NCBI GenBank assembly: GCA_965206645.1
Contig: CBDBKE010000004.1
Location: forward strand, 1,312,001-1,376,000
Source of the DNA: Terriglobia bacterium
GTDB taxonomy: Bacteria > Acidobacteriota > Terriglobia > JAJPHL01 > JAPKYU01
DNA: 64,000 nucleotides
Reading direction: 5' to 3'
Below the pieces are notes generated by a model. The model saw only the letters and a program-made list of their open reading frames with translations, was not told the DNA's origin and ran no database searches. Position numbers and translations under genes: made by a program. Below, piece by piece: positions 43,836-56,125 of this stretch (position 1 is its first letter; each line of letters begins with the position of its first letter).

Positions 43836-45926
43836 TTAGCGCGGCACGGGACTGCCTTGCATCCGGGCAATGATCTCCTCGGCGATGGCCTGCGGCACCA
43901 CGTCGTAGCGCAGGAAATGCATGGAGTGGCTGCCGCGCCCCTGGGTGCGGGAGCGCATGTCGGTCGCATAGCCGAACATCTCGGCCAGCGGCACCACCGC
44001 CTTGATTACCTGGCTGCCTGCGCGCAGTTCCATGCCCTCGATGCGACCACGGCGCCCGTTCAAGTCGCTCATCACATCGCCCATGTATTCCTCGGGCACC
44101 ACCACCTCGACACTCATCACTGGCTCCAACAACAGCGGATTGGCCCGGCGGGCCGCCTCCTTGAACCCAATGGAAGCCGCGATCTTGAAGGCTATCTCCG
44201 AGCTGTCCACCTCATGATAGCTGCCGTCGAGCAGTGTCACTCGCAGGTCCACCAATGCATAGCCGGCCAGGAGGCCGCCCTCCATGGCTTCCTTGATACC
44301 AGCCTCGATGGCAGAAAAGTATTCCCTAGGGATCGCGCCACCGTAGATCTGGTTCACAAACTCGAAGCCCACGCCCGCCACCGGCTCGACTTCCAGCTTG
44401 ACGTGGCCGTACTGGCCGCGTCCCCCGGTCTGCCGGATATACCTGCCTTCGGCGCCGGCCCGCTTGCGGAGGGTCTCGCGATAGGCCACCTGAGGCTTGC
44501 CGACATTGGCCCCTACGTTGAATTCCCGCATCATGCGGTCCACCAAGATTTCCAGGTGCAGTTCGCCCATTCCGGAGATGATCGTCTGGCCGCTGTCAGG
44601 ATCGGTGTGGACCTTGAAGGTGGGATCCTCCAGGGTCAGCTTGCCCAACGCTGCACCCAGCTTTTGCTGATCGGCCTTGGTTTTGGGTTCCACGGCCACC
44701 GAGATCACTGGGGTGGGAAATTCGATGGATTCCAGTATCACCGGCGCCTTCTCATCACAGATGGTGTCGCCGGTGGCGACTCTTTTCAGACCCACGGCCC
44801 CGGCAATGTCGCCGGCCAACACCTCGCTGACTTCCTCGCGCTTGTTGGCGTGCATACGCAGAAGACGGCCAATGCGCTCCCGGCGCTTGCGGGCCACGTT
44901 GTAGATGGCGGAGCCAGCCTCCAAGGTTCCGGAATAGACGCGAAGGAAGGCTAGCTGCCCCACGTAGGGATCGGTCACGAGCTTGAAAACCAGCGCAGCA
45001 AACGGAGCGGCATCGTCAGCGGGCCGCTCGATTGGCGCATCGGTCTCCGGGTGCAGGCCCTCTACCGGAGGAATGTCTGCTGGTGAAGGCAGGTAGTCCA
45101 ACACCGCATCCAGCAACGGTTGCACGCCCTTATTCTTGAAGGAGGCGCCACAAAGAACCGGCACCAGCTTCAAAGCGATTGTTTCGCGCCGCAACGCCGC
45201 CCGCAGCTCTACCACCGGAATTTCCTCTCCGTGCAGGTACTTCCCGAGCAAGGCGTCATCTCGCTCACAGATGGTTTCCACCATCTTCTCGCGGTAGGCC
45301 TTGGCCTGGGCGGCGTACTCTGGCGGGATTTCGCGCTCCTCGTACTCGTCCCCTAGCGTATCGTCGCCGTACAGAATCGCCTTCATGGTCATCAGGTCAA
45401 TGACGCCCTCAAACTTCTCCTCGCTTCCCACAGGGTATTGAATAGCAACGGGATGGGCGCTGAGGCGGGTACGGATCATCGACAGGCATCGGTCAAAGTC
45501 GGCCCCCACGCGGTCCATCTTGTTGACAAAACAGATGCGCGGAACACCGTACTTGTCTGCCTGCCGCCAGACGGTCTCTGACTGCGGCTGGACGCCGGCC
45601 ACCGCATCAAACAGGGCCACGGCACCGTCCAGCACCCGCAGCGAGCGTTCCACCTCGGCCGTGAAATCCACATGGCCAGGCGTGTCGATGATATTAATGG
45701 ACACATCCTTCCAGTAGCAGGTAATGGCAGCGGAGGTGATGGTGATGCCGCGCTCCTGCTCCTGTTCCATCCAGTCCATAACTGCGGTGCCCTCGTCCAC
45801 CTCGCCCAGCCGGTGCGTCTGCCCCGTGTAGTAGAGGATGCGTTCGGTCGTAGTGGTCTTACCGGCATCAATGTGCGCCATGATGCCGATATTCCGCGTC
45901 TTCTCCAGGGGGACCGTTCGCGCCAT
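43836..45926 (-). CDS. fusA: Elongation factor G
   Basis: [41 protein letters not shown]. Confidence 0.99.
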   Translation of the reverse strand: MARTVPLEKTRNIGIMAHIDAGKTTTTERILYYTGQTHRLGEVDEGTAVMDWMEQEQERGITITSAAITCYWKDVSINIIDTPGHVDFTAEVERSLRVLDGAVALFDAVAGVQPQSETVWRQADKYGVPRICFVNKMDRVGADFDRCLSMIRTRLSAHPVAIQYPVGSEEKFEGVIDLMTMKAILYGDDTLGDEYEEREIPPEYAAQAKAYREKMVETICERDDALLGKYLHGEEIPVVELRAALRRETIALKLVPVLCGASFKNKGVQPLLDAVLDYLPSPADIPPVEGLHPETDAPIERPADDAAPFAALVFKLVTDPYVGQLAFLRVYSGTLEAGSAIYNVARKRRERIGRLLRMHANKREEVSEVLAGDIAGAVGLKRVATGDTICDEKAPVILESIEFPTPVISVAVEPKTKADQQKLGAALGKLTLEDPTFKVHTDPDSGQTIISGMGELHLEILVDRMMREFNVGANVGKPQVAYRETLRKRAGAEGRYIRQTGGRGQYGHVKLEVEPVAGVGFEFVNQIYGGAIPREYFSAIEAGIKEAMEGGLLAGYALVDLRVTLLDGSYHEVDSSEIAFKIAASIGFKEAARRANPLLLEPVMSVEVVVPEEYMGDVMSDLNGRRGRIEGMELRAGSQVIKAVVPLAEMFGYATDMRSRTQGRGSHSMHFLRYDVVPQAIAEEIIARMQGSPVPR

Positions 45927-46037
45927 GACTTTTCAGATTGAAGAGCGAGGAATGAAAAGTGAAGCATCAGCCCAGAATCCACCGGACCCATCTACCACTT
46001 CATTCGGAACTCTTACTTCTTCTTTCTCCCCTTCTCC

Positions 46038-46508
46038 TTACCAACGATAGTGAGCAAACGCTTTGTTGGCGTCCGCCGTTCGGTGCGTCTCATCTTTTTT
46101 CTTCATGGCGCCGCCCCGGTTGCTGGCGGCATCCATGATTTCTCTGGTCAGCTTTTCCACCATGCCCTTCTCGCTTCGACCTCGCGCGTAGGCGAGCAGC
46201 CAGCGGACGCTGAGGCTGGTTCGGCGGTTGCTGTTCACTTCCACTGGCACCTGATAGTTGGCGCCGCCTACGCGCCGGGTCTTGACCTCCAGCAGCGGCC
46301 GGCAGTTTTCCACCGCCTTCTTGAACACCTTGACCGGGTCGTCGTTGGTCCGCTGCCGGATCTTGTCCATCGAGGTGTAGAAGATCTTCTCGGCCACCGA
46401 TTTCTTGCCATCCCACATCATGCAACTGATGAATTTCCGCACCAGTGTGCTGTTATACAAAGGGTCCGACAGGACCTCACGGCGATCGACCATGCCTTTG
46501 CGTGGCAT
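46038..46508 (-). CDS. rpsG: 30S ribosomal protein S7
   Basis: [21 protein letters not shown]. Confidence 0.99.
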   Translation of the reverse strand: MPRKGMVDRREVLSDPLYNSTLVRKFISCMMWDGKKSVAEKIFYTSMDKIRQRTNDDPVKVFKKAVENCRPLLEVKTRRVGGANYQVPVEVNSNRRTSLSVRWLLAYARGRSEKGMVEKLTREIMDAASNRGGAMKKKDETHRTADANKAFAHYRW

Positions 46509-46549
46509 CGTTACACCTCAAACCAAAGTTCGCCCGGGCGATTTCCCGA

Positions 46550-46924
46550 TCAAGTCTTGAGCCGCTTGGCGCCGTACTTGCTCCGGCCTTGTTTGCGGTC
46601 GCCGACCCCGGCCGCGTCCAGCGTTCCCCGGATGACGTGGTAGCGCACACCCGGCAAGTCCTTCACGCGGCCACCCCGAATGAGGACGATGGAGTGCTCC
46701 TGCAGGTTGTGGCCGACGCCAGGGATATAAGTGGTGACCTCGATGCTGTTGGTCAACCGCACCCGCGCCACCTTGCGCAAGGCCGAATTCGGCTTCTTAG
46801 GAGTCTGCGTGTACACGCGCGTGCAGACTCCCCGCTTCTGCGGACACTTCTGCAAGGCCGGGCTAGCTGTCTTATACCTGGGGGGGCGCCGCCCCAAGCG
46901 AACTAATTGATTGAACGTCGGCAC
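46550..46924 (-). CDS. rpsL: 30S ribosomal protein S12
   Basis: GTG start [31 protein letters not shown]. Confidence 0.99.
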   Translation of the reverse strand: MPTFNQLVRLGRRPPRYKTASPALQKCPQKRGVCTRVYTQTPKKPNSALRKVARVRLTNSIEVTTYIPGVGHNLQEHSIVLIRGGRVKDLPGVRYHVIRGTLDAAGVGDRKQGRSKYGAKRLKT

Positions 46925-47266
46925 AAAACATCCTTTACCCCTGACCTGGCTCGACACGCACAGAACCACTCAGAGGCTGCTTTTGGCCTACCCGTACCTT
47001 GGGTTGTCTACCCGAGTGATCCCCCGCTTGACGGGGACAGGCGCGCCATAGTGATCCTGAACGTGTTCAGGACTTGGCGGCGTGCCTTAAGGTACCCCAA
47101 ACAAGGGGGTGAAGTGTGGCCCTTTCCTGCAACCCACCGGTTGAAGAACGGGACCTGCGAGGATCTCCCTTTCGGGAAAGCTGAAAGACCAGCCGCTCCT
47201 TTCGGCCATGGCCTTGACCTTGCAAGGCGGTGGCCTACTGGGAGCTAGAAACTCCCGCGAAGCGCC

Positions 47267-47295
47267 ACTATACACGTGGTTATGAATTCGGTCAA
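47267..47295 (-). promoter_or_regulatory. Sigma-70 promoter of the str/S10/spc/alpha cluster
   Basis: TTGACC, 17-nt spacer, TATAGT on the minus strand, about 340 nt upstream of rpsL. Confidence 0.7.
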
Positions 47296-47333
47296 TAGCT
47301 GGATGAACCCGGTCAATCCAGGGAAAGCGGATC

Positions 47334-47939
47334 CTATACGTGCAGGATATCTTGTTCCTTGACCGCTCCCAAATCCTCAACCCTCTTGACGTACTCGTCG
47401 GTCATTTTCTGCACATCCTCGTGAGCCTTGTGTTCCTCGTCCTCGCCGATCTTTTTTTCCTTGAGTAGGCGCTTGATCTGTTCGTTGCCGTCACGGCGGA
47501 TGTTGCGGACCGCGATCCGGTGATCCTCCAGGACGCGGTGCAGGCGCTTGACCAGATCTTTGCGCCGTTCCTCGGTCAGCGACGGGATGGGCACGCGAAT
47601 CAACTTGCCGTCGCTGACCGGATTGAGTCCCAGATCGGAAGCGCGGATGGCTTTCTCGACAGCGGGAATCTGAGAGACATCCCAGGGCTGCACGAACAGC
47701 ATGTTAGGCTCCGGGACGGTGAGGGTGGCCAGCTGGTTCACCGGCGTTGGCGTGCCGTAGTAGTCCACTGAGACATGGTCTAGCAAGCCAACCGTGGCCC
47801 GTCCCGTGCGAATGCTCGCCAGTTCCAGGCGCAGGTCTTGCAGCGTCTTCTCCATTCGTGAGTGGCTCTGGGCCTGGATGTCCCATGCTGTCAACGCTTC
47901 GGCTTTGCCAGCTTCCGCCTCGTGCGCCATGACTTCCAC
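47334..47939 (-). CDS. frr: Ribosome recycling factor
   Basis: IRTGRA, VDYYG, LTEERRKDL, AVRNIRRD. Confidence 0.98.
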   Translation of the reverse strand: MEVMAHEAEAGKAEALTAWDIQAQSHSRMEKTLQDLRLELASIRTGRATVGLLDHVSVDYYGTPTPVNQLATLTVPEPNMLFVQPWDVSQIPAVEKAIRASDLGLNPVSDGKLIRVPIPSLTEERRKDLVKRLHRVLEDHRIAVRNIRRDGNEQIKRLLKEKKIGEDEEHKAHEDVQKMTDEYVKRVEDLGAVKEQDILHV

Positions 47940-47976
47940 CTCCCCAAGAAGCAGCTTTAGCTTTAACTGACCAGGC

Positions 47977-48687
47977 TTAACTGACCAGCGAGCCGACCTT
48001 TTCCCCCAGCATCACGCGGCGCAGATTGCCAGACGGCTGCAGGTTGAACACCACAATTGGCAGGTTGTGGTCGCGACACAGGCTGATCGCAGTGGAATCC
48101 ATCACTCCCAGATCGCGCGAAATCACTTCCAGGTAGGAGATCTGCGGGAACAACTTGGCGTCTTTCACCTTGACCGGGTCCGCATCAAAGATCCCTTCCA
48201 CCTTGGTCCCCTTCAGGACCACGTCCGCCTTGATCTCCATGGCGCGCAGGGCGGCGGCGGTGTCGGTGGAGAAGTAGGGGCTACCGGTGCCAGCAGCAAA
48301 GATCACGACCCTGCCTTTTTCCAGGTGGCGAATCGCCCGACGGCGAATGAACAGCTCGGCCACCTGGCGCATTTCGATGGCCGTCATCAAGCGGGTGAAG
48401 CGTCCAATCTTTTCCAGCGCGTCCTGCAACGCCAGCCCGTTGATGACGGTGGCCAGCATGCCCATCTGGTCGGCCGCGACGCGGTCCATCTCGCGGGCAG
48501 ATTCGGAGACGCCCCGGAAAAAATTACCGCCGCCCAACACGATGGCCAGCTCCACACCCAGTTTTCGAACTTCGCCGATCTGGGCCGCTAGTTCCTGTAC
48601 CGCTTCCGGATGGACGCCAAAACCCTGCCCGCCCGCCAGAGCTTCGCCACTCAACTTCAGCAGCACACGCTTGAAGATCGGCTGCAT
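47977..48687 (-). CDS. pyrH: UMP kinase
   Basis: [33 protein letters not shown]. Confidence 0.98.
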   Translation of the reverse strand: MQPIFKRVLLKLSGEALAGGQGFGVHPEAVQELAAQIGEVRKLGVELAIVLGGGNFFRGVSESAREMDRVAADQMGMLATVINGLALQDALEKIGRFTRLMTAIEMRQVAELFIRRRAIRHLEKGRVVIFAAGTGSPYFSTDTAAALRAMEIKADVVLKGTKVEGIFDADPVKVKDAKLFPQISYLEVISRDLGVMDSTAISLCRDHNLPIVVFNLQPSGNLRRVMLGEKVGSLVS

Positions 48688-48739
48688 CCGGCTCTTTCGA
48701 AGATCGGCTTGGCGAGCTTCCCTGGCCCGCCACGGCGGG

Positions 48740-49399
48740 CTACTGTGCCACCGCTTCGGGCACCGTTTCAGCCGGTGGCGGAACCTGCGCCACCGACTCG
48801 CCTACCTTGAAGCGCACGAAGCGCTGCACGATGATGTTCTCTCCTACCTTGGCAATTTTGGAGGCAATCCAGTCGGCCACGTTCAGGCTCGGGTCTTTTA
48901 TGAAATGCTGATCCAACAGGCAGAACTCTTGGTAATACTTGTGGAGCTGGCCTTCCACGATGCGCTCGGCAACCTGCGGTGGCTTGCCCCCGGCCTGAGC
49001 TTTGGCGCGGGCGATGTCGCGCTCCCTCTCCAGCACTTCGGGGAGGACGTCTTCGCGGCGGATGTAGTGCGGGTCCGTCGCCGCAATGTGCATGGCCAGG
49101 TCATGCACCAGTTCCTGAAACTCAGCGGTGCGGGCAACGAAATCGGTTTCGCAATTGACCTCCACCAGAACCCCAATCTTGCCGCCCGCGTGGATGTAGT
49201 TGCCCACGCTGCCTTCGGCGGTGGTCCGGCCGGCCTTTTTCTGCGCCGTGGCGATGCCCCTCTTCCGGAGCACCACTTCGGCCTCGGCCAGATCCGCCTT
49301 GGCCTCGATCAGCGCCTTCCTACACTCCAGCAACGGGGCTCCGGTTTTCTCCCGAAGCTGTTTCACCAGCTGCGCGCCAACCGTCCTTTCCTCTGCCAT
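48740..49399 (-). CDS. tsf: Elongation factor Ts (short form)
   Basis: [24 protein letters not shown]. Confidence 0.98.
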   Translation of the reverse strand: MAEERTVGAQLVKQLREKTGAPLLECRKALIEAKADLAEAEVVLRKRGIATAQKKAGRTTAEGSVGNYIHAGGKIGVLVEVNCETDFVARTAEFQELVHDLAMHIAATDPHYIRREDVLPEVLERERDIARAKAQAGGKPPQVAERIVEGQLHKYYQEFCLLDQHFIKDPSLNVADWIASKIAKVGENIIVQRFVRFKVGESVAQVPPPAETVPEAVAQ

Positions 49400-49456
49400 T
49401 CTTCCTCTACTCTCCGGCTCTACTCTCCGGTCTTGCGAATCCTGTTCAGAACGACC

Positions 49457-50410
49457 TCAGGGGAGTTGCGCAGGTGGCTTCGCGGTGGCCAACGAGTGAT
49501 CCTCATCCTGCCTCGAGTTCCCGTTCGCTTCCTCCACCGCTTCCGGCACGCGTTCCGGTTCGGCTTGCGCCTCCGGGGCTTTGCCCGGTGCCTCGACTTC
49601 GCCTTCCACCGCTGTTTCCTCCTGGATTACTACGGGCGCAGTCTTCACAAGAAAATAGTCGGTGTCGGCTGGACCGGTTTCCTCTTCTCCCTCGGCGGCC
49701 TTCTCCGCCTCCAGCACCGCATCCTTGGCCAGAGCGCGACCTTCAACGACAGAATCAGCAATCTTAGAGGTAAACAAGCGGATGGCCCGAAGCGCGTCGT
49801 CGTTGCCCGGGATGACGAAATCCACCTCATCCGGGTCACAATTGGTGTCTACGATGGCCACCACCGGAATCCCCAGCTTGCGCGCCTCGCGCACCGCAAT
49901 TTGTTCCTTCTGGGAATCAATAACAAAAAGCGCGTCCGGGAGTCCGGGAATGTCCTTGATACCCGACAGGTTCTGGTCCAGGTGCTTGCGCTCGCGCTCC
50001 AGCCGGACCACCTCTTTCTTCAGGAGCATCTCGAAGCGGCCGTCCTGGGCCATGGCCTCCAGCTCTTTCAGGCGCTTGATGGACTTCTGTACCGTGGCGT
50101 AATTGGTCAGCAGCCCGCCCAGCCAGCGCTGGTTCACGAAGAACATTTCGCAACGCCGGGCCGCCTCGGCGATGGCTTCCTGTGCCTGCCGTTTAGTTCC
50201 AACAAACAGAATCGTCTTGCCCTGGGAAGCCAGCTCGGCAATGAACCTAGCCGCCTCCTTGAACAATTTCAGGGTCTTTTGCAGGTCAATGATGTAGATG
50301 CCGTTCCGCTCCCCGAAGATGTACTCCTTCATCTTGGGGTTCCACCGCCTGGTTTGATGCCCGAAGTGAACTCCAGCTTCGAGCAGCTCCTTCATGGTAA
50401 TTGCCGGCAA
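49457..50410 (-). CDS. rpsB: 30S ribosomal protein S2 (acidic C-terminal tail)
   Basis: [31 protein letters not shown]; TTG start with SD GGAGG. Confidence 0.99.
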   Translation of the reverse strand: MPAITMKELLEAGVHFGHQTRRWNPKMKEYIFGERNGIYIIDLQKTLKLFKEAARFIAELASQGKTILFVGTKRQAQEAIAEAARRCEMFFVNQRWLGGLLTNYATVQKSIKRLKELEAMAQDGRFEMLLKKEVVRLERERKHLDQNLSGIKDIPGLPDALFVIDSQKEQIAVREARKLGIPVVAIVDTNCDPDEVDFVIPGNDDALRAIRLFTSKIADSVVEGRALAKDAVLEAEKAAEGEEETGPADTDYFLVKTAPVVIQEETAVEGEVEAPGKAPEAQAEPERVPEAVEEANGNSRQDEDHSLATAKPPAQLP

Positions 50411-50619
50411 AACACCTCCTCCCGTCTCAACGGACGTAATGGAATCCTACTCCCCCTCACCTTGCCCACCTTAGCGTGGACGGACACAACTCCAATTTCT
50501 CCCCTGGGCCGTCAGCCTGCAGAGCTCCACCATTACGTCAGGTGAAGATTCAGGTTCCTCTCCGGCACGCTTCCGCGCTCGAAAGCCCCGGAAAAAAAGC
50601 GCCCAGAGACCGCTTACGC

Positions 50620-51093
50620 TTAACGCTTGGAGTACTGGAAGCGTTTGCGCGCGCCGGGCTGGCCGTACTTCTTGCGCTCGTGGATGCGAGGGTCGCGGGT
50701 GAGGAAACCAAGCTTCTTGAGCTTTTTTCTCAAGTCGAGGTCGTATTCCAGCAGCGCGCGCGCGATTCCTAGCCGGATCGCGTCCGCCTGGCCCGTGAGC
50801 CCGCCGCCGGCGGCGGTTGCCCGTATGTCCAATCTCCCCACCAGTTCCACGGCCTGGAGTGGCTGTTGGATGATGGTCTGCATCGCCCGGCCGGGAAAGT
50901 ACTGCTCCAGGGGTCTCCCGTTCACCACCATCTCACCTGGGCCCGGCCGAAGAAACACACGCGCTACGCTCCTCTTACGACGGCCCGTCCCGTAGAACTG
51001 CCTCCCGTCAGCCGGCACCTCCACCCCAGCGAGTTGCGGTTGCGGGTCTTGCAGTGGTTGCTGCTCTTGTGTTTGCTCGCTCGCCTCAGCCAT
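50620..51093 (-). CDS. rpsI: 30S ribosomal protein S9
   Basis: GTGRRK, GGGLTGQA, ERKKYG, QYSKR. Confidence 0.98.
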   Translation of the reverse strand: MAEASEQTQEQQPLQDPQPQLAGVEVPADGRQFYGTGRRKRSVARVFLRPGPGEMVVNGRPLEQYFPGRAMQTIIQQPLQAVELVGRLDIRATAAGGGLTGQADAIRLGIARALLEYDLDLRKKLKKLGFLTRDPRIHERKKYGQPGARKRFQYSKR

Positions 51094-51104
51094 GTCCTAA
51101 CCTT

Positions 51105-51182
51105 GAGTCACACCGGCTCTGTTCACCAACGAGTCACACCGGCTCTGTTCACCAACGAGTCACACCGGCTCTGTTCACCAAC
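51105..51182. repeat. 26-bp perfect tandem repeat, 3 copies
   Basis: gagtcacaccggctctgttcaccaac at 51105, 51131 and 51157; the last copy overlaps the rplM stop. Confidence 0.95.
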
Positions 51183-51603
51183 CAAGCACTTCCGGCGTCT
51201 GTGCTTGATGCGGGTGCTTGTCGCCCACATAGACGCGCAACTTTCGAGCCATAGCTTTGCCCAGCTTGGTCTTGGGAAGCATGCCTTTGACGGCCTTCTC
51301 AACCATGCGGGTCGGACGCCGGGCCAGCAGGTGCCGCGCGCGCAGCTCCACCAGTCCTCCCGGATAGCCGGTATGGTGACGATAAATCTTTTTCTCTAGC
51401 TTCTGCCCCGTCAGACGGACCTTGGCGGCATTAATCACGATCACATGGTCGCCGGTGTCCAGAAAGGTCGTGTACTGCGGCTTGTGCTTGCCCATCAAGA
51501 TCACGGCCACGCGCGCAGCCAAGCGCCCCAGCACCTGGCCTTCGGCGTCCGTCACAAACCACTTTCGCACCACCTGGCCCGCAGTTGGAACGTACGTTGA
51601 CAT
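51175..51603 (-). CDS. rplM: 50S ribosomal protein L13
   Basis: LGRLA, GKHKP, DTGDHV, HTGYPGG, GMLPK, HPHQAQ. Confidence 0.98.
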   Translation of the reverse strand: MSTYVPTAGQVVRKWFVTDAEGQVLGRLAARVAVILMGKHKPQYTTFLDTGDHVIVINAAKVRLTGQKLEKKIYRHHTGYPGGLVELRARHLLARRPTRMVEKAVKGMLPKTKLGKAMARKLRVYVGDKHPHQAQTPEVLGW

Positions 51604-51641
51604 CCAGTCGAAATCCTCCGCTTTCCCGGTGCAAAACTATT

Positions 51642-51670
51642 AACTTACTGGAACTCCGGCAGGATGTCAA
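51642..51670 (-). promoter_or_regulatory. Sigma-70 promoter of rplM
   Basis: TTGACA, 17-nt spacer, TAAGTT. Confidence 0.65.
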
Positions 51671-51734
51671 ACCCGCCAGTTCAGAGCTGCCCAATCCATG
51701 GGGCACGACGGGAAGCGCCGACACCCATCAAGGT

Positions 51735-54572
51735 TTAGGATGGCCCAGTCGCCAGCAGGTGCCGCAGGACGTAAGGCAGGATGCCGCCGTGCTGAAAGTA
51801 GGCAAGCTCCTGCGGTGTGTCAATCCGTGTGATCGCAGTAAAAGTTTTTTCTGCGCCTTCGGAGTTGCGAACGAGTACGGTGAGTTGCTTCCGAGGCGTC
51901 AAGTCCGAAGAGACCCCTTCAATGTCGTAGCCTTCCTGGCCGGTCAGTCCCAGGCTGGAGGCGCTCTGCCCATCCTGGAATTGCAGCGGCAGCACCCCCA
52001 TGCCCACCAGGTTGCTACGGTGGATGCGCTCGAAGCTCTCGGCGATGACAGCCCGGACGCCCAGCAGGCGCACCCCCTTTGCTGCCCAATCCCGCGAGGA
52101 GCCCGCGCCGTATTCCTTACCCGCCAGGACCAGCAGCGGCACGCCTTCGCTGGCGTACTTCATTGCCGCGTCAAAAATGGGGAGCAGCTCTCGGTCCGGA
52201 AAGTGAAGTGTCCAGTTGCCTTCCGTGCCGGGCACCAGCAGGTTGCGCAGGCGAATGTTGCCGAACGTGCCGCGCATCATCACTTCATGGTTGCCGCGGC
52301 GCGCGCCAAAGCTGTTGAACTCCCGCGGCTGGACTCCTCGGGCAATCAGATACTTGCCGGCAGGGCCGTCGGCGGGAATCGAGCCAGCCGGTGAGATGTG
52401 GTCGGTGGTGACGCTGTCGCCCAGCAGGGCCAGCACACGCGCTCCACGAACATCCGGAACCGTCGCCGGTTCTGGGGTAAGGTCCTCAAGAAAGGGTGGC
52501 CGCTTGATGTAGGTGGAGTCCGGGTCCCAGGTAAAAAGATCGCCCTCGGGAACGCCCAGCGAATTCCAGTTCTCGTCTCCATTGAAAGCATCGGCATTGG
52601 CCCGCTGGAACAATTCGGCGCGCACGGTGGAGGTGATGGCTTGCTGGATCTCCTCCTGGGTTGGCCAGATCTCGCTCAGGTAGACGGGCCGGCCTTGGGG
52701 GTCGTAGGCCAGCGGCTCGCGGTGAATATCCAGGTCCATGCGGCCGGCGAGGGCGTAAGCGACCACCAGCGGCGGAGAGGCCAGGTAATTGGCGCGCACC
52801 AGCGGCTGGATACGGCCCTCGAAGTTGCGGTTCCCGCTCAGGACGGAAACGACCACAAGCTGCTTCTCCTTGACCTGCTGAGCGACCGTTTCCGGCAGAG
52901 GTCCGCTGTTACCGATGCAGGTGGTGCAGCCGTAGCCAACCAGATAAAAACCCAGCTTCTCCAGGTAGGACAGCAAGCCCGTTTCGCGCAAATACTCGGT
53001 GACCACCTTGGAACCCGGAGCCAAGCTGGTCTTCACCCAGGGTTTCGGCTTGAGGCCGCGCTCCAATGCTTTCTTGGCCACCAAGCCTGCCCCGACCATA
53101 ACCGTGGGGTTGGAGGTGTTGGTGCAACTGGTGATGGCAGCAATCACCACCGAGCCGTGCTGGAGGCTCTCCTGCTCTTCCGTGACCTGCACCGTGGTGG
53201 CCTCGGGCTCCGCGGCTCCCGGCGGGACCGGGGCACGATGCATCGTATTAGCAGAGGCGTCAATTTTATCGTGCCGCTGCAGGGGATTGACCGGCAGCGA
53301 CTGCGGCTTGCCGTCGCCGTTGCCCCGGGCCTTCGTCTGGGGTGGCACTGCCTTCAGCATTTGCTCCAGCGCTTCCAGAAATTTCTCCTTCGCCTGGCGC
53401 AAAACCACGCGATCCTGCGGGCGCTTGGGCCCGGCCAGGCTGGGCTCCACATCGGCCAGATCCAGCTCCATGGTGTCGGAGTAGCGGGCCTCCGGGCTCT
53501 CCGGGGTCACAAACAACCCTTGCTCCTTGCTGTAGCTTTCCACCTGGCGGACGTGCTCGGGGCTGCGCCCGGTGAGCCGCAAGTAGGTCAGCGTCTGCTC
53601 ATCAATCGGGAAGATGGCAGCCGTGGCTCCGTACTCCGGAGCCATGTTGCTGATGGTGGCGCGGTCAGCGACCGGCAGGTTTACTAATCCTGGACCGTAG
53701 AACTCCACAATCTTTCCTACCACTCCCTTGCCGCGAAGCATCTGTGTGATAGTCAGGACCAGGTCGGTGGCAGTCACGCCCTCGGCCAGCCGGCCCTTCA
53801 GGCGGAAGCCGACCACCTCCGGGATCAGCATGGAGATAGCCTGGCCCAGCATGGCCGCCTCGGCCTCGATGCCTCCCACACCCCAGCCCAGCACGCCAAT
53901 GCCGTTGATCATGGTCGTATGCGAGTCAGTGCCGACCAGCGTGTCCGGGTAGAGCAGCGCCCGGTCGCTGTGACGCGAGCAGAACACCACCCGCGCCAGA
54001 CTCTCTAGATTCACCTGGTGCACGATGCCGGTGTCGGGCGGCACGACTCGGAAGTTGCGAAACACCTTCTGAGCCCACCGCAGGAACAAGTAACGCTCGC
54101 GGTTTCGCTCAAACTCCAGTTGCGCGTTTTGCCCAAAGGCAGACGCCGAGCCGAAGTAGTCCACTTGCACCGAATGGTCAATGACCAGCTCGACCGGCTG
54201 CAGCGGGTTTACTTTCACCGGGTCGCCGCCCATGCGCTGGACCGCGTCGCGCATCGCCGCCAAGTCCGCCACGCAGGGCACGCCGGTGAAGTCCTGGAGC
54301 AGGACGCGCGCCGGGAGAAACGCAATTTCATGGTCGCGCATCGCCGGGTCCGATTTAGCCAGGGCTGGATCCCATTTGGCCAGGGCTAGGATGTCGTCCT
54401 GCTTGACGACAGTCCCATCCTCATGCCGGAGCAGGTTCTCCAGCAGAATCCTCAGCGAATAGGGCAGACGGGAGATAGAGCCCACACCTTGCTGCTCCAA
54501 CCCTGGCAGGCTGTGAAAGTGAAACACCTCTCCGTTGATGGGAAGCTCGGCCAAGCTGTTGAAGCTATTCAC
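51735..54572 (-). CDS. acnA: Aconitate hydratase A
   Basis: [58 protein letters not shown]; start uncertain. Confidence 0.97.
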   Translation of the reverse strand: MNSFNSLAELPINGEVFHFHSLPGLEQQGVGSISRLPYSLRILLENLLRHEDGTVVKQDDILALAKWDPALAKSDPAMRDHEIAFLPARVLLQDFTGVPCVADLAAMRDAVQRMGGDPVKVNPLQPVELVIDHSVQVDYFGSASAFGQNAQLEFERNRERYLFLRWAQKVFRNFRVVPPDTGIVHQVNLESLARVVFCSRHSDRALLYPDTLVGTDSHTTMINGIGVLGWGVGGIEAEAAMLGQAISMLIPEVVGFRLKGRLAEGVTATDLVLTITQMLRGKGVVGKIVEFYGPGLVNLPVADRATISNMAPEYGATAAIFPIDEQTLTYLRLTGRSPEHVRQVESYSKEQGLFVTPESPEARYSDTMELDLADVEPSLAGPKRPQDRVVLRQAKEKFLEALEQMLKAVPPQTKARGNGDGKPQSLPVNPLQRHDKIDASANTMHRAPVPPGAAEPEATTVQVTEEQESLQHGSVVIAAITSCTNTSNPTVMVGAGLVAKKALERGLKPKPWVKTSLAPGSKVVTEYLRETGLLSYLEKLGFYLVGYGCTTCIGNSGPLPETVAQQVKEKQLVVVSVLSGNRNFEGRIQPLVRANYLASPPLVVAYALAGRMDLDIHREPLAYDPQGRPVYLSEIWPTQEEIQQAITSTVRAELFQRANADAFNGDENWNSLGVPEGDLFTWDPDSTYIKRPPFLEDLTPEPATVPDVRGARVLALLGDSVTTDHISPAGSIPADGPAGKYLIARGVQPREFNSFGARRGNHEVMMRGTFGNIRLRNLLVPGTEGNWTLHFPDRELLPIFDAAMKYASEGVPLLVLAGKEYGAGSSRDWAAKGVRLLGVRAVIAESFERIHRSNLVGMGVLPLQFQDGQSASSLGLTGQEGYDIEGVSSDLTPRKQLTVLVRNSEGAEKTFTAITRIDTPQELAYFQHGGILPYVLRHLLATGPS

Positions 54573-54768
54573 TGTTGTGTTCCGGGCAGCGTCGTGTTCC
54601 GGGCAGCCCTCGGACTTGTTTCCTCCACAGTATCCCATGGGCGGTAGGAGACGGGCCAGGTTTTGTTTGCCGACCGGCTGGCCGGCTGGCCGGCTGAGGC
54701 AAGCAAACTGTGGCACAATCTATTTATCCGGCTATTTATCCGGCTATTCATTGCGGCAACTCGCTGTC

Positions 54769-56079
54769 ATGCCATCAAAGGAGCCACACCCGAAAGCAGA
54801 TGAGGACTCCCGCGGAATAGTGGACCCTATTCCCATCCCGCAGACCACGGCCCAGGAGATTCAAAAGCTGGCCACGGCGGACATTCTGCTGGGGATCCCG
54901 AGTTACGATAACGCCGACACAATTGGGCACGTCGTGCGAATGGCCCAAGCCGGGTTGGAGAGGTACTTCCCCTCCTACAAGAGCGCCATCATCAACTCGG
55001 ACGGCGGATCTAAGGATGGAACTCCAAAGCAGGTGCTCGGGTCCACGGCGGAGGAGAAGCCTTTGCTACAGGTTCCTTACCCCGTGTACCCGGTGAACAG
55101 GCTCTCCACGCCCTATCATGGCATCCCGGGTAAGGGCAGCGCCTTTCGGATGATTTTCCTGCTGGCGCAAAGGCTCGGAGCCCGGGCCTGCGCGGTGGTG
55201 GACGCCGACCTGCGCAGCATTACCCCCGAATGGATTGACCTGCTGGTTCGCCCAATCCTGGAAGGAAGGTTCGATTTCGTTGCGCCCTATTACCAACGCC
55301 ACAAGTATGACGGCACCATTACCAACAGCATGGTCTACCCCCTGACCCGGGCGCTGCACGGAAAGCGCGTCCGCCAACCGATCGGCGGCAACTTCGCCTT
55401 TTCCAGCCGGCTGATTGACCATTACCTCAAGCAGGACGTCTGGAACAGCGATGTAGCCCGCTTCGGCATTGACATCTGGGTGACCACGCAGGCGCTTTGC
55501 GGCGACTTCCAACCCTGCCAGGCCTTCCTGGGAGCCAAGATCCACGATGCCAAAGACCCGGCCTCCGACCTCAGCGCCATGCTGGCCCAAGTGTTGGGCT
55601 CGCTGTTTACCGAGATGGAAAGAAATGTTGCCGTGTGGCAGAAAACCACGGGCTCCGAGGAAGTGCCGATCCTGGGCCCCCGGGCAGAAGTTTCCACCGA
55701 GCCCGTGGCGGTCAACGTGACCCGGATGGTCCAGGGCTTTCGGCTGGGCTACGAGACTCTGCAGGAGATTTGGGGGTTAGTCCTGCCGCCTGCCACCATG
55801 TTGGAACTGAAGAAATTGGACCAAAGCCCCGCGGAACAGTTCTGCTTTCCCGATGAGCTGTGGGTCCGCACGGTCTACGATTTTGCCCTAGGGCACCGGT
55901 TGCGGGTGATGGATCGCGACCACTTACTTCGCGCCCTATCGCCCCTTTATCTGGGATGGTTAGCGTCATTTGTGCGGCAGATGGAGTACGCTGGGCCAGA
56001 AGAAGTGGAGGACCGGTTGGAAACCCTGCGCCTCACCTACGAGGCCCAGAAGCCCTATTTGATCCAACGCTGGAGGTGA
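54769..56079 (+). CDS. GT2 glycosyltransferase, glucosylglycerate/mannosylglycerate-synthase-like
   Basis: GIPSYDNADTI, DGGSKDGT, PGKGSA, DADL, RHKYDGTITN, RQPIGG, RFGIDIW, KIHDAKDP. Confidence 0.75.
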   Translation: MPSKEPHPKADEDSRGIVDPIPIPQTTAQEIQKLATADILLGIPSYDNADTIGHVVRMAQAGLERYFPSYKSAIINSDGGSKDGTPKQVLGSTAEEKPLLQVPYPVYPVNRLSTPYHGIPGKGSAFRMIFLLAQRLGARACAVVDADLRSITPEWIDLLVRPILEGRFDFVAPYYQRHKYDGTITNSMVYPLTRALHGKRVRQPIGGNFAFSSRLIDHYLKQDVWNSDVARFGIDIWVTTQALCGDFQPCQAFLGAKIHDAKDPASDLSAMLAQVLGSLFTEMERNVAVWQKTTGSEEVPILGPRAEVSTEPVAVNVTRMVQGFRLGYETLQEIWGLVLPPATMLELKKLDQSPAEQFCFPDELWVRTVYDFALGHRLRVMDRDHLLRALSPLYLGWLASFVRQMEYAGPEEVEDRLETLRLTYEAQKPYLIQRWR

Positions 56080-56125
56080 CTGGAGCAGTTCACGCCCTAG
56101 CCAGCGACGGCAACCGCCAAAGGAG

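Noticed and set aside
46550-46924. Streptomycin-resistance allele of rpsL
   Set aside because: The TPKKPNS and RVKDLP lysines are wild type.
48287-50545. 752-aa plus-strand ORF, and other long antisense ORFs such as 3663-4682, 25080-26240, 42540-43784 and 52398-53687
   Set aside because: Shadows of GC-rich coding genes on the opposite strand; no motifs.
51105-51182. CRISPR array
   Set aside because: Repeats abut with no spacers and no cas genes are present.
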